Below, in pieces: positions 23,656 to 32,000 of a stretch of DNA of 32,000 nucleotides (position 1 is the stretch's first letter; each line of letters opens with the position of its first letter). A program made the position numbers and the translations under genes. The DNA is from Archaeoglobus fulgidus DSM 4304 (GTDB lineage Archaea > Halobacteriota > Archaeoglobi > Archaeoglobales > Archaeoglobaceae). The notes beneath the pieces are model-generated. The model made no database searches, was not told the DNA's origin, and worked only from the letters and a program-made list of their open reading frames with translations. Location: assembly GCF_000008665.1 (NCBI RefSeq), contig NC_000917.1, positions 1,170,001 to 1,202,000 on the forward strand, in the 5' to 3' direction.

Positions 23656-25734
23656 ATGATTTGCAACGCCTGCGGGGGCAAGGGATATATCGAAATCGAG
23701 AAGGAATGCGAGATCTGCGGTGGAACAGGGAAGGCAAAGAGCTTTGACCCGAAGATAACGGCCGAGCTTTCCGACGAGCAGATAAAGATGTTCATGAGTG
23801 GTGTTTGTGGAGTTTGCAGGGGAACGGGGAAGGTAAAAATAATGGATGTCTGCAGGGAGTGCAATGGAACGGGGAAAGCTGGAAGGTGCAAGATTTGCGG
23901 GGAGAAGGTTGTTGGCAACCACGACCTCTGCAGCAGGTGCAGAAGGCAGCCCCACGCTTACAGGCTGAGGAACAGCTGCGGCATTGAGGATGTGAGAATA
24001 AACAGAGTTTATGTTGGGACAGTTTCAGCAGTAACAGACATAGGCGTTTTCGTAAACCTGAACAAAAGGCTGAGGGGTCTCATTCACAGAAGGAACCTCG
24101 GAAACAACAGGTTTTCGGAGGATGAAGAGATTTTAGTGCAGGTGAGCGGAATCGGGCTGAGCGGGGAGATTGACCTGAAACCAGTTAAAATGGATGGCTA
24201 CAAGGTTGTTGAAATCTCGAAGGAAGTTGGGAGAGTTGAGATAGCGGAGCTTGAGAACTACATAGGGAAGATGGTTGAGGTAAGGGGGCTGGTTACGCAC
24301 ATCAAGGTCACGGGAGGGCCGACGATTTTCACGCTCCTCGATGGCAGGGCGAGCGTTCAGGCTGCGGCCTTTGAGGGAGGGGAGAGGGCCTATCCAGAGG
24401 TAAGAGTTGATGATGTTGTTAGAGTCATTGGAATAGTAAAGAGGAGGGAGAACAAGCTCCAGATTGAGATTCTTGAGATGGAGAAACTTCTCGGAGAGGA
24501 AGCCTACGAGGTGAGGAAGAGGGTTGAGGCTGAGATAGAGAGGGCATGCGAGCCTGATTTCAGGGGATTCCTCATCGAGAGCGAGGTTCTTGAGGCTCTT
24601 AAAGAGGACATGCTGAAGGTGGCAAAGGAGCTGAAGAAGGCCATCTACGAGTCAAGGCCCGTAATTATCAGGCACCACTGGGATGCTGACGGGACGTGTG
24701 GCGGAGTTGCCCTTGAGAAAGCCCTGACCGATTTGGTTGAGAGAGTGCACTCGGACAGCGAAGCAAAGTACTACCTCGTTAAGAGGAGAGTTTCAAGGGC
24801 TCCTTTCTACGAGCTTGAGGATGTTGTGAGGGATTTAGATGAAAGTTTAGAGGATGCAGAGAGGCACGGAGATAAGATACCTCTGGTTGTTTTGGTTGAT
24901 AACGGCTCTGGCCTTGAGGATGTCCCTGCGATAAGGCAGTTTCTGCTTTTTGGTGCGGATGTAATCACAATCGACCACCACTTTCCCGATGAAGAGGTGG
25001 ACAGCTACCTTCTCTACCACGTTAACCCCTACAAGGTCGGTGGGGACAGCAACTACACCTCCGGAGTGCTCTGCGTTGAGATTGCGAGGATGATATCTGA
25101 CTTGGACATGAAGCACCTCGCAGCCATTTCCGTTGTTGGAGATAGAGCTGAGGGGGAGGTCGAGAGGTACATTGAGCTTTCAGGGAAAAGCAGAGAGGAG
25201 CTTGCCGACATAGCTCTTGCTGTGGAGTACGAGGGCTTTTACCTGAGATTCAGGACTGCAAGCCAGATAATGCACGAGATTCTCGGTTTTGGAAGGCAGG
25301 ACAGGCATGTTAAGCTTGTCAGAATGCTCTCTGAATACGCCAAGGAGGCGATTGAGGAGCAGGTGAAGACGGCGATGGAGGGCGTTAAGGTGCAGATTCT
25401 ACCCAACGGAATAGCCCTTGCCGCTCTGGACGTTGAGAACTACGCCAAGAAGTTCACCTTCCCCCCGCCGGGAAAGCTGACTGGAGAGGTGCACGACAGG
25501 CTTAAGCAGAAGTATGAGAGGATCGTAACCATAGGCTACGGCCCCGACTTTGCTGTTATCAGGAGCGAGGGAGTGGAGCTGGACATTCCGAGGATTGTTA
25601 AAGAGCTTAGGGAGGAGATAGTTGCTGGCGTCGATGGTGGAGGACATCTGGTGGTTGGCTCAATAAAGTTCGTTCAGGCGAAGAGGAAGGAGGTTCTGGC
25701 GAGGCTTGCTGCAAAAATTGGGAACCTGAAGTAG
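23656..25734 (+). CDS. DHH-family RecJ-like phosphoesterase/nuclease with N-terminal DnaJ-type zinc fingers and OB/S1-like domains (HAN/RecJ2-like)
   Basis: Four CxxCxGxG repeats (CNACGGKG, CEICGGTG, CGVCRGTG, CRECNGTG) are followed by CKICG...CSRC. Then come S1/OB-like segments (VYVGTVSAVTDIGVFVNL...; EVRGLVTHIKVTGGPTIFTLLDG). DHH motifs follow: HHWDADG, VLVDNGSG and ITIDHHFP. Confidence 0.7.
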   Translation: MICNACGGKGYIEIEKECEICGGTGKAKSFDPKITAELSDEQIKMFMSGVCGVCRGTGKVKIMDVCRECNGTGKAGRCKICGEKVVGNHDLCSRCRRQPHAYRLRNSCGIEDVRINRVYVGTVSAVTDIGVFVNLNKRLRGLIHRRNLGNNRFSEDEEILVQVSGIGLSGEIDLKPVKMDGYKVVEISKEVGRVEIAELENYIGKMVEVRGLVTHIKVTGGPTIFTLLDGRASVQAAAFEGGERAYPEVRVDDVVRVIGIVKRRENKLQIEILEMEKLLGEEAYEVRKRVEAEIERACEPDFRGFLIESEVLEALKEDMLKVAKELKKAIYESRPVIIRHHWDADGTCGGVALEKALTDLVERVHSDSEAKYYLVKRRVSRAPFYELEDVVRDLDESLEDAERHGDKIPLVVLVDNGSGLEDVPAIRQFLLFGADVITIDHHFPDEEVDSYLLYHVNPYKVGGDSNYTSGVLCVEIARMISDLDMKHLAAISVVGDRAEGEVERYIELSGKSREELADIALAVEYEGFYLRFRTASQIMHEILGFGRQDRHVKLVRMLSEYAKEAIEEQVKTAMEGVKVQILPNGIALAALDVENYAKKFTFPPPGKLTGEVHDRLKQKYERIVTIGYGPDFAVIRSEGVELDIPRIVKELREEIVAGVDGGGHLVVGSIKFVQAKRKEVLARLAAKIGNLK

Positions 25735-25739
25735 TTGTT

Positions 25740-27134
25740 TTAAAGCCCTAAAACCCCCAAATCCAGCCTCCCTTCCACCTCATCCGCAATCAAATCAGCC
25801 CAATCCTCCTTTTGCCTGAATTTTATGCCCAGATAACCTCCCAGAGCCCTCAGAACGTTTTCATTCCAGAAGAGACCGTGGAGGTAAGTTCCCCAGCACA
25901 TGCCATCCTCGCTGGCACAGCCGTCATCCTCAAAAATGGGATTGCTCGCCCTCGTGATGCCCTTGTGAATCTCGTAGCCCCAAACCTTCTCGCCCCTTAT
26001 CCTGTCCAGAATCACTGCGTTGCCGTTAACTCTCTTCTCTACCTGAACCGTCCTCTTCCTGTACTCCCTGAACTCCGTAACCGCATCGAGAAGCCCGAGC
26101 CCCTTAGCCCTGATTCTGCCATGCTCCACGCCCATGTCGACGAGCTCTCTGCACATTATCTGATATCCCCCGCATATCCCGATGACCGGAATCTCTCCAG
26201 CCTTCCTCACAATCTCCTCTCCCAGCTTTGAGGATTTCAGAGCCTTCAAATCAGCAATGGTGTCCTTGCTGCCGGGAATAATCACAACCTCACAACCGTT
26301 GAGCGAGGAGTTGAGGCTGAGAAACCTCGCATGCTCCCTGAGGGGCTCAAAGTCCGTGAAGTTCGAAACTCTTGGCAGCCTTACTATCCCAACAGTCCCT
26401 TCTGCCCCCCACTCCTCGATGTTCAGCGAGTCCTCCGACGGAAAGTTGTAATCAAGGTAGGGAAGAACTCCCAGCACCCTTATTCCAGTCAGCCTCTCAA
26501 GCTCCCTTATACCGCTCTCAAGCACATCCTCCCTCCCTCTGAGCCTGTTTATCACAAACCCTTTAACGAGCGGCTTTACATCATCTGGCAGGAGTGCGTA
26601 GGTGCCGTAGAGGGAAGCAAAAACCCCGCCCCTGTCTATATCGCCCACAATCAAAATGTCAGGCCTCGCAAACCTCGCTATGTGAATGTTGGGCAAATCC
26701 CTTTCATAGAGATTGATCTCCGCCATCCCACCGGCACCCTCAATAACAACAAAGTCATACTCCTCGGCCAAGCTGAGATAAGCTTCTTCAACAACCCTCT
26801 TCAGCCACTCAACCTTCACCCCGTAATATTTCCTTGAATCAACGTCACCCACAGCCTCCCCCATTACAACAAGCTGAGACACGAAGTTTCCCTTCGGCTT
26901 GAGAAGAACGGGATTCATTCTTTCATCAGGCTCAATGCCCGCAGCAAAGGCCTGATAGGCCTGAGCGATGGCAATCTCCTTTCCCTTTGAAGTGACAAAG
27001 GAGTTCAGGCTCATGTTCTGAGCTTTAAAGGGGGCAACGTCATAGCCCCTTCTGGCCAGAATTCTGCAAAAAGCAGCAGCGAGCAAACTCTTGCCTGCGC
27101 TGCTGGTGGTTCCACCTACCATCAATGAAGGCAT
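25740..27134 (-). CDS. cobQ: Cobyric acid synthase CobQ/CbiP
   Basis: N-terminal LMVGGTTSSAGKSLLAAAFCRIL...APFKAQNMSLNS and a C-terminal amidotransferase domain with VIGICGGYQIM. Confidence 0.93.
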   Translation of the reverse strand: MPSLMVGGTTSSAGKSLLAAAFCRILARRGYDVAPFKAQNMSLNSFVTSKGKEIAIAQAYQAFAAGIEPDERMNPVLLKPKGNFVSQLVVMGEAVGDVDSRKYYGVKVEWLKRVVEEAYLSLAEEYDFVVIEGAGGMAEINLYERDLPNIHIARFARPDILIVGDIDRGGVFASLYGTYALLPDDVKPLVKGFVINRLRGREDVLESGIRELERLTGIRVLGVLPYLDYNFPSEDSLNIEEWGAEGTVGIVRLPRVSNFTDFEPLREHARFLSLNSSLNGCEVVIIPGSKDTIADLKALKSSKLGEEIVRKAGEIPVIGICGGYQIMCRELVDMGVEHGRIRAKGLGLLDAVTEFREYRKRTVQVEKRVNGNAVILDRIRGEKVWGYEIHKGITRASNPIFEDDGCASEDGMCWGTYLHGLFWNENVLRALGGYLGIKFRQKEDWADLIADEVEGRLDLGVLGL

Positions 27135-27155
27135 CAGAAAAAGTTGATTTGAATC

Positions 27156-27162
27156 AAAAAAA
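27156..27162 (-). terminator. Oligo-T (T7) tract immediately downstream of rpl10e
   Basis: The minus strand reads TTTTTTT 7-13 nt after the TGA at 27169-27171. This resembles archaeal intrinsic termination signals. Confidence 0.4.
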
Positions 27163-27168
27163 CTTTAC

Positions 27169-27693
27169 TCAAATCTTGCCCTTCAGCAGTTCGTGACCCT
27201 TCTCAACCACAATTTTCGTGGGAGTGGGCATCTTCATTGCCGCCCTTCTCAAAGCTTCCTTTGCAATCTCGAAGTGCTCTGGCTTAACCCACACGCTCAT
27301 AATCTTCGTTCCCGGCTTTACTCTTGCAGCCCTGCCTACTGGCTTGCCAAAAGCTGCCCTCATACCCTGTGAAATTCTGTCCGCTCCAGCACCCACAGCC
27401 ATCTTGTGCTCCCTCAGGATGTGGTGCGGGAAGATTCGGAGCTTGAGCTTGTAGTTGCTCGCTCCTGCCCTCCTCGAAACGTACTTGTTGGCAACGACTC
27501 TCGCAGCTTCCAGTGCATTCTCCCTGATTTGCACTGCCTCCTTGGCAACGAGTGTGAGCATAACCGGGAAGTCAGCGCTCTTGTTACCCATGTCGAACAT
27601 TCTGACTCTTGTTCCCGGAGCACCATCGATGTACTCGGTTCTTGTGTATGGCCTTTCAAGCCTTCGCCACATTCTCGCTGGTTTTCTTGCCAT
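27169..27693 (-). CDS. rpl10e: 50S ribosomal protein L10e (uL16)
   Basis: MARKPARMWRRLERPYTRTEYIDGAPG... The ATG at 27693 is preceded by GAGGTGGTGGGG. The track ORF starts 4 codons earlier at a GTG. Confidence 0.93.
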   Translation of the reverse strand: MARKPARMWRRLERPYTRTEYIDGAPGTRVRMFDMGNKSADFPVMLTLVAKEAVQIRENALEAARVVANKYVSRRAGASNYKLKLRIFPHHILREHKMAVGAGADRISQGMRAAFGKPVGRAARVKPGTKIMSVWVKPEHFEIAKEALRRAAMKMPTPTKIVVEKGHELLKGKI

Positions 27694-27730
27694 GTTCCCC
27701 ACCACCTCAGCATGTCAAATAAAGGTTTCG

Positions 27731-28849
27731 TCACCTTTTCGACAGAGGGATGAACTTCTTCTCCTTCTCCCCCACATACTCCGCTCTTGGCCTTATAAGC
27801 CTGTTGTTCTCGTACTGCTCTATGATGTGGGCAGTCCAGCCTGAAATCCTGCCCATAGCGAAGATGTTGACGAAGAGGTCGTCGGGAATGCCGAGGTTGG
27901 CGTAAACGCTTGCGGAGTAGAAGTCAACGTTTGGAAGGAGCTTCTTGTACTTGTAAGCAGCCTTGGCGATGGCCTCGCTGATTTCGAACCACTTCGTTGA
28001 GCCTTCAGCAGCAAGTCTTTTAGCCAGATACCTCAGCAACTCCGCCCTTGGGTCCATAACTCCTCTGTAAACCCTGTGCCCGAATCCCATTATCCTCTCT
28101 CCAGCCTCTATTTTTCTTTTCACGTACTCCTCAGCCCTTCTTGGAGATGCAACCTCCCTAAGCATCCTCATGACCTCCTGCGCCGCTCCTCCATGCAGCG
28201 GCCCCATCAGCGTTCCAGTTGCGGCAACAACGCAGGCGTAGATGTCTGCAAGAGTTGACGCTGCAATCCTCGCCGCAAAGGTTGAGGCATTTAGCTCGTG
28301 CTCCGCGTGAAGAATTAAATCCATGTCCAGCGCTCTCTCAGCAGTTTTGGTTGGTTCCTCCCCGTGAAGCATGTACAGAAAGTTTGCAGCATGGCTGAAT
28401 TCAAGAGCTGGCGGAATTATGTTCCTTCCCGTCCTGATTCTGTGATAGTAAGCCACTATTGTGGGAAACTTGGCAATCAAGTCCTTTGCCTTGTTGAAAG
28501 TTTCCTCCCTCGTCCTTACAGCTATCTTCTTGTCAAGGCTGCCGAGGTAGCTTGTTGCAGTTCTGAGCACGACCATGGGGTGCGTGTATGGCGGCAGATG
28601 AGTGAGGAGACCTATGATTTGAGGTGGTAGCTCCCTCCTCTCAGCAAGCTCTATTTTGAAGTCCTGAAGCTCGTATTTCTTCGGCAGCTCTCCGTAAAGC
28701 AGAAGGTAAGCCACCTCCTCGTAGCTTGCCTTTCTCGCAAGGTCACGGATGTCGTAACCCCTGTACTCAAGAATTGCCCTCCCGTTTTCAAGGGCAATCC
28801 TCGAAATCGTGGTTTTGCAGGCAATCACATCTTCCAATCCGTCCTTCAT
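27731..28849 (-). CDS. gltA: Citrate synthase
   Basis: GFGHRVY and LILHAEHELNAST motifs. 372 aa from ATG 28849, with GAGGTG upstream. The start lies 1 nt after the stop of the AMP phosphorylase gene. Confidence 0.93.
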   Translation of the reverse strand: MKDGLEDVIACKTTISRIALENGRAILEYRGYDIRDLARKASYEEVAYLLLYGELPKKYELQDFKIELAERRELPPQIIGLLTHLPPYTHPMVVLRTATSYLGSLDKKIAVRTREETFNKAKDLIAKFPTIVAYYHRIRTGRNIIPPALEFSHAANFLYMLHGEEPTKTAERALDMDLILHAEHELNASTFAARIAASTLADIYACVVAATGTLMGPLHGGAAQEVMRMLREVASPRRAEEYVKRKIEAGERIMGFGHRVYRGVMDPRAELLRYLAKRLAAEGSTKWFEISEAIAKAAYKYKKLLPNVDFYSASVYANLGIPDDLFVNIFAMGRISGWTAHIIEQYENNRLIRPRAEYVGEKEKKFIPLSKR

Positions 28850-28850
28850 T

Positions 28851-30365
28851 TTACACACCTCTTCTTCCGTAAACTTCCAGCACCATTCCCGAAACCACAA
28901 TTGGCCTCTCGGTGTTCGCAACCTCTATTGCGTTGTCGAGCTTCCACTCCTTCTCGGCGTAGATGGTGAGAAGCGGGTCTCCGACCTTTACAACCTCACC
29001 CCTCTTCTTGTGGACATAAACTCCCGCTCCCTTGTCCTTGGGAGCGCCTGCTGTTCTCGCTATTTTCACGATGCTTTTATTGTTTACCGAAACCACCGCC
29101 CCTTCCACCTGAGAGGTGAGTGTGTAGGTCTTATCTCCCACCGCCACGTCCTCGGCCTTAACGCTCTCATCTCCTCCCTGAGCCGCAACAATCTCCCTGA
29201 ACTTCTCAAGCGTTTTTCCGCTCTCGAATATCTTCCTGGCATGCTGATAGCCGTTTGTGGCTATGCCGGTCATCTCGAAGAGTATTCCCGCTATGCCAAG
29301 GGACTTCTCAACCAGACTCGAAGGACCTCGTCTGTCCTCCATCGTCTTAAGCGCTTCCCTTGCTTCCAGCGCGGGGCCAATAGCCCTTCCCACGGGCTGA
29401 CCTCCGTAGGTTATTGCCGCCATGACGTTAAGCCCGAGCCTTCTGCCGAGCTCAATGAAGTCGTTTGCCAGAGACCTGCCGACCTCCACCTTCTCAATCT
29501 TTGCCCCCTCCCCAACGGGAATGTCGATTACGACATGCTTCGCTCCAACCGAGCCCTTCTTGGCCATAACGCTGGCAAGAAGCTGCGGTCTGGGATCGAT
29601 GGAGAGGGGATGTTCGACCCTTATTATTTTATCATCTGCCGGAGCTATGTTCGTCGCCCCTCCCCAGGCAATGACTCCCCCCACTCTCTCCGTAATCTCC
29701 TTTATCTCGTCAACGCTCAGATTGACGTTTGCGAGAACCTCCATAGTGTCTGCCGTTCCGCTGGCTGACGTTATCGCTCTGCTTGCTGTCTTCGGAATTA
29801 AGAGCCCCGCCGCAGCAACAGTCGGAACGATGAGCAGGGATATCTTGTTGCCCGGCACACCGCCAATGCTGTGCTTGTCCACAACCGTTCCCCTGTCAAA
29901 CTCAATCCTCTCTCCGGTTTCAATCATCGACCTCGTTAACCACTCTATTTCGTCAAAATCCATCCCGCGAAGCATCGAAGAAATGACAAAGGCTGTGAGC
30001 TCAACCTCGCTCAGAGCGTTGTTGGTTATGTCCTCAACTATCCTCCTGATTTCATCCTGGCTCAGCTTCTCGCCCCTCGTCTTCTTCTTTATCAGCTCAA
30101 CGCTTTTTGGTTTCGGAGATGGAAACACATCAACCTCAGCACCGTCCGATATTCCAAGCTCCATTGAAGCGAGGTCTGTTAATCCGACAAAGCCCTTCTC
30201 AACGATTTCCCTCGTTATCTGTACTGTGGCGACAACCCCCGCCTTGCCGTACCTCACCCTGACTCTATCCCCCTCTCTGACGCCAAGCTCGCTTGCATCC
30301 TCTTCGTTAAGAATCACGGCAAACCTTCCCGACTTGAATGGAACTCTAACCGCCTTGAAAATCAT
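28851..30365 (-). CDS. deoA: AMP phosphorylase (archaeal DeoA-like, thymidine phosphorylase family), paralog 1
   Basis: 504 aa from ATG 30365. Contains HSIGGVPGN and TASRAITSASGTADTMEVL motifs of glycosyltransferase family 3 / thymidine phosphorylase. The extra ~85-aa N-terminal domain is typical of archaeal AMP phosphorylases. Confidence 0.85.
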   Translation of the reverse strand: MIFKAVRVPFKSGRFAVILNEEDASELGVREGDRVRVRYGKAGVVATVQITREIVEKGFVGLTDLASMELGISDGAEVDVFPSPKPKSVELIKKKTRGEKLSQDEIRRIVEDITNNALSEVELTAFVISSMLRGMDFDEIEWLTRSMIETGERIEFDRGTVVDKHSIGGVPGNKISLLIVPTVAAAGLLIPKTASRAITSASGTADTMEVLANVNLSVDEIKEITERVGGVIAWGGATNIAPADDKIIRVEHPLSIDPRPQLLASVMAKKGSVGAKHVVIDIPVGEGAKIEKVEVGRSLANDFIELGRRLGLNVMAAITYGGQPVGRAIGPALEAREALKTMEDRRGPSSLVEKSLGIAGILFEMTGIATNGYQHARKIFESGKTLEKFREIVAAQGGDESVKAEDVAVGDKTYTLTSQVEGAVVSVNNKSIVKIARTAGAPKDKGAGVYVHKKRGEVVKVGDPLLTIYAEKEWKLDNAIEVANTERPIVVSGMVLEVYGRRGV

Positions 30366-31879
30366 GACCACCACCTTCCCATCGTGTACCTCTCTATAAT
30401 AACCCCTGAAATCTCGAAGGCCTGCTTGGTGTTCGCAACCTCTATTGCGTTGTCGAGCTTCCACTCCTTCTCAGCATAGATGGTGAGAAGCGGGTCTCCG
30501 ACCTTTACAACCTCACCCCTCTTCTTGTGGACATAAACTCCCGCTCCCTTGTCCTTGGGGGCTCCTGCTGTCCTTGCTATTTCGTTAAGGGCTGCTATGT
30601 CTATTTCCCTAACGTAACCCTCCTTCGCAGCGTGGAGAGTGTAGGTCTTATCCCCCACCGCCACGTCCTCGGCCTTAACGCTCTCATCTCCTCCCTGAGC
30701 CGCAACAATCTCCCTGAACTTCTCAAGCGTTTTTCCGCTCTCGAATATCTTCCTGGCATGCTGATAGCCGTTTGTGGCTATACCGGTCATCTCGAAGAGT
30801 ATTCCCGCTATGCCAAGGGACTTCTCAAGCAAGTCCCCTTCAACCTTCCTCTCCATAACTTCGAGAACCTCTCTCGCCTCCAGCGCGGGGCCAATAGCCC
30901 TTCCAAGGGGTTGAGAGCCATCTGTCAGAGCCGTTGCAACCTTGAGGTTCAAGTTCCTCCCAATTTCCATCATAGCATTTGCGAAGCCTCTTCCGACGTC
31001 AACGTTCTCGACCTTGGCCTTCTTTCCAACCGGAATGTCGATGGCGACGAATCTTGCACCGCTTCCCAGCTTTTTGGACAGCACACTGGCCATTAGATGC
31101 GGTTTTGGGCTTAGCTCCAGCTGGTATTCGACCCTTATTATTTTCTCATCAGCCGGGGCAATTCCCGTGGGGGCGTTCCATGCTATAACCCCTCCAACTT
31201 CCTCGGTAATCTCCTTTATCTCGTCAACGCTCAGATTGACGTTTGCGAGAACCTCCATAGTGTCTGCCGTTCCGCTTGCAGTGGTTATGGCTCTGCTTGC
31301 TGTCTTCGGAATTAAGAGCCCCGCCGCAGCAACCGTGGGGACGGCAATCAGCGAAAACCTGTTTCCGGGCAACCCTCCAATGCTGTGCATGTCCACAACC
31401 GTTCCCCTTTCGAAAACTACCCTTTCTCCGACTTCGACCATCGCCTCGATCATCCACTGAATCTCGTCGTTCTGCATCCCTACAATCTCGTTTGCAAGTA
31501 TGAATGCAGAGATTTCAATGTCCGAGAGTACGTCAGATGAGATGCTGCCAATTATGTCCTTAATCTCCTCTCTTTCGTATTTAGCTCCGTTAAGCTTCTT
31601 TCTTATGTATTCGACCGACTTCGGCCTGGCGAAGGGAACAATCTCAACCACGCACTCCTCGGAAAGGCTGCACGTCTCGGCGGTGAAGGTGCAAACTCCA
31701 GCTTCCCCACTGCTAATGAACTCCTGAGAGATCTCAACCTCCGCTACGAATGATTTGCCGTCATAGCTAACCTTCACTCTGTCTCCCGGAAGGAGACCGA
31801 GTTCAGCCGCGTCATCCTGACTCAGAACAACAGCAATCCTTTCGGTTCTGAGGGGCAAGGTCTTTATCCTGAACTTCAT
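30362..31879 (-). CDS. deoA: AMP phosphorylase (archaeal DeoA-like), paralog 2
   Basis: 505 aa with the same motifs (HSIGGLPGN, TASRAITTASGTADTMEVL). The stop overlaps the paralog-1 ATG as ATGA (30362-30365). Confidence 0.85.
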   Translation of the reverse strand: MKFRIKTLPLRTERIAVVLSQDDAAELGLLPGDRVKVSYDGKSFVAEVEISQEFISSGEAGVCTFTAETCSLSEECVVEIVPFARPKSVEYIRKKLNGAKYEREEIKDIIGSISSDVLSDIEISAFILANEIVGMQNDEIQWMIEAMVEVGERVVFERGTVVDMHSIGGLPGNRFSLIAVPTVAAAGLLIPKTASRAITTASGTADTMEVLANVNLSVDEIKEITEEVGGVIAWNAPTGIAPADEKIIRVEYQLELSPKPHLMASVLSKKLGSGARFVAIDIPVGKKAKVENVDVGRGFANAMMEIGRNLNLKVATALTDGSQPLGRAIGPALEAREVLEVMERKVEGDLLEKSLGIAGILFEMTGIATNGYQHARKIFESGKTLEKFREIVAAQGGDESVKAEDVAVGDKTYTLHAAKEGYVREIDIAALNEIARTAGAPKDKGAGVYVHKKRGEVVKVGDPLLTIYAEKEWKLDNAIEVANTKQAFEISGVIIERYTMGRWWS

Positions 31880-32000
31880 TGAACTTCAAAAACTCTGAAA
31901 GAATATTAACTTTTTCTCGCTATCGTGAAGAAGTTATAGATAATGTTGTTTATGTTTAAAAATTCTCACCTGAAAAGGTTTTAAAGCTGACGACAATTTA

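Larger units (their letters stand above)
28851..31879. repeat. Tandem ~1.5 kb gene duplication (two AMP phosphorylase genes) with blocks of near-identical DNA
   Basis: At an offset of 1517 nt, 28911-29042 matches 30428-30559 with 2 mismatches, and 29122-29311 matches 30639-30828 with 2 mismatches in 190 nt. At an offset of 1514 nt, ~29692-29823 matches ~31206-31337 with a few mismatches. Divergent stretches lie between these blocks. Confidence 0.9.

Noticed and set aside
23662-23940. Apparent DNA repeat in the 5' part of the RecJ-like gene
   Set aside because: The periodicity is at the protein level (CxxCxGxG zinc-finger repeats). The nucleotide sequences of the repeats differ, so this is not a DNA repeat or a CRISPR-like array.
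28850-28921. N-terminal extensions of the ORF-track models for citrate synthase (to 28921), AMP phosphorylase 1 (to 30464), the decarboxylase (from 12042) and cbiB (from 22712)
   Set aside because: The extensions overlap the upstream genes or promoters and lack family-typical sequence. The internal ATGs have RBS or TATA support and give canonical N-termini.
28809-31460. Long plus-strand ORFs (28809-29768, 319 aa; 29422-30399, 325 aa; 30527-31096; 30942-31460) opposite the AMP phosphorylase genes
   Set aside because: Their products are low-complexity and Ser/Pro/Leu/Thr-rich with no motifs. They lie entirely antisense to two strongly supported genes. They are shadow ORFs caused by codon bias, duplicated because the underlying genes are duplicated.
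31880-32000. Possible C/D-box sRNA (gtgaaga ... ctga elements) in the AT-rich region upstream of the AMP phosphorylase gene
   Set aside because: The C-box is imperfect (GUGAAGA rather than RUGAUGA), there is no clear C'/D' pair or terminal stem, and the spacing is atypical. The region is better explained as a promoter; aaaaagttaatatt on the minus strand lies ~25-38 nt upstream of ATG 31879.
1-32000. Search for tRNA, rRNA and CRISPR arrays
   Set aside because: All intergenic gaps are under ~180 nt and AT-rich. None contains a GC-rich ~75-nt cloverleaf candidate or regularly spaced direct repeats. The only large ORF-free stretch (4834-5332) is explained by the methyltransferase remnant and the island's 3' flank.

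Overview
Archaeal chromosome segment. Evidence: TATA-like boxes about 26 nt upstream of many start codons (leaderless layout), ribosomal proteins L44e/S27e/L10e, a Gins51-like gene and AMP phosphorylases. I recognise the 427-aa ORF at 6343-7626 as the Archaeoglobus fulgidus Piwi/Argonaute protein (AfPiwi/AfAgo), so the source is probably A. fulgidus or a very close relative. Most of the window is tightly packed housekeeping sequence of roughly 50-58% GC (hand-counted sample lines). It encodes threonine synthase, a family III CoA-transferase, GMP synthase subunit A, a TtuA-like tRNA thiolase, a site-2 protease, a PLP decarboxylase, an FGGY kinase, an MFS transporter, EngB, a GlpA-like dehydrogenase pair, a radical SAM enzyme, a GalT-like enzyme, CbiB, CobQ, a RecJ/DHH-like protein, citrate synthase and two tandem AMP phosphorylases. 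The exception is a ~3.3 kb island at about 5210-8530, with ~22% GC in the two lines I counted. It carries a translationally coupled three-gene minus-strand operon. The first ORF is an apparently frameshifted candidate N-L1-L2 partner, inferred from its position and beta-rich N-terminus rather than recognised similarity. The second is the MID-PIWI-only Argonaute. The third is an unclassifiable 337-aa protein with a C-terminal transmembrane bundle. I read this as a split, catalytically dead pAgo defence module with a membrane effector whose role is, to my knowledge, uncharacterised. The island abuts a start-less remnant of a Tam-like methyltransferase gene, which marks an insertion/deletion scar. 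Other points worth a second look: mosaic near-identity between the tandem AMP phosphorylase paralogs (gene conversion), a second apparent frameshift in a small membrane-protein locus, a RecJ/DHH protein with DnaJ-type zinc fingers, and a palindromic TATA element centred between two divergent genes. I saw no tRNA, rRNA or CRISPR array.
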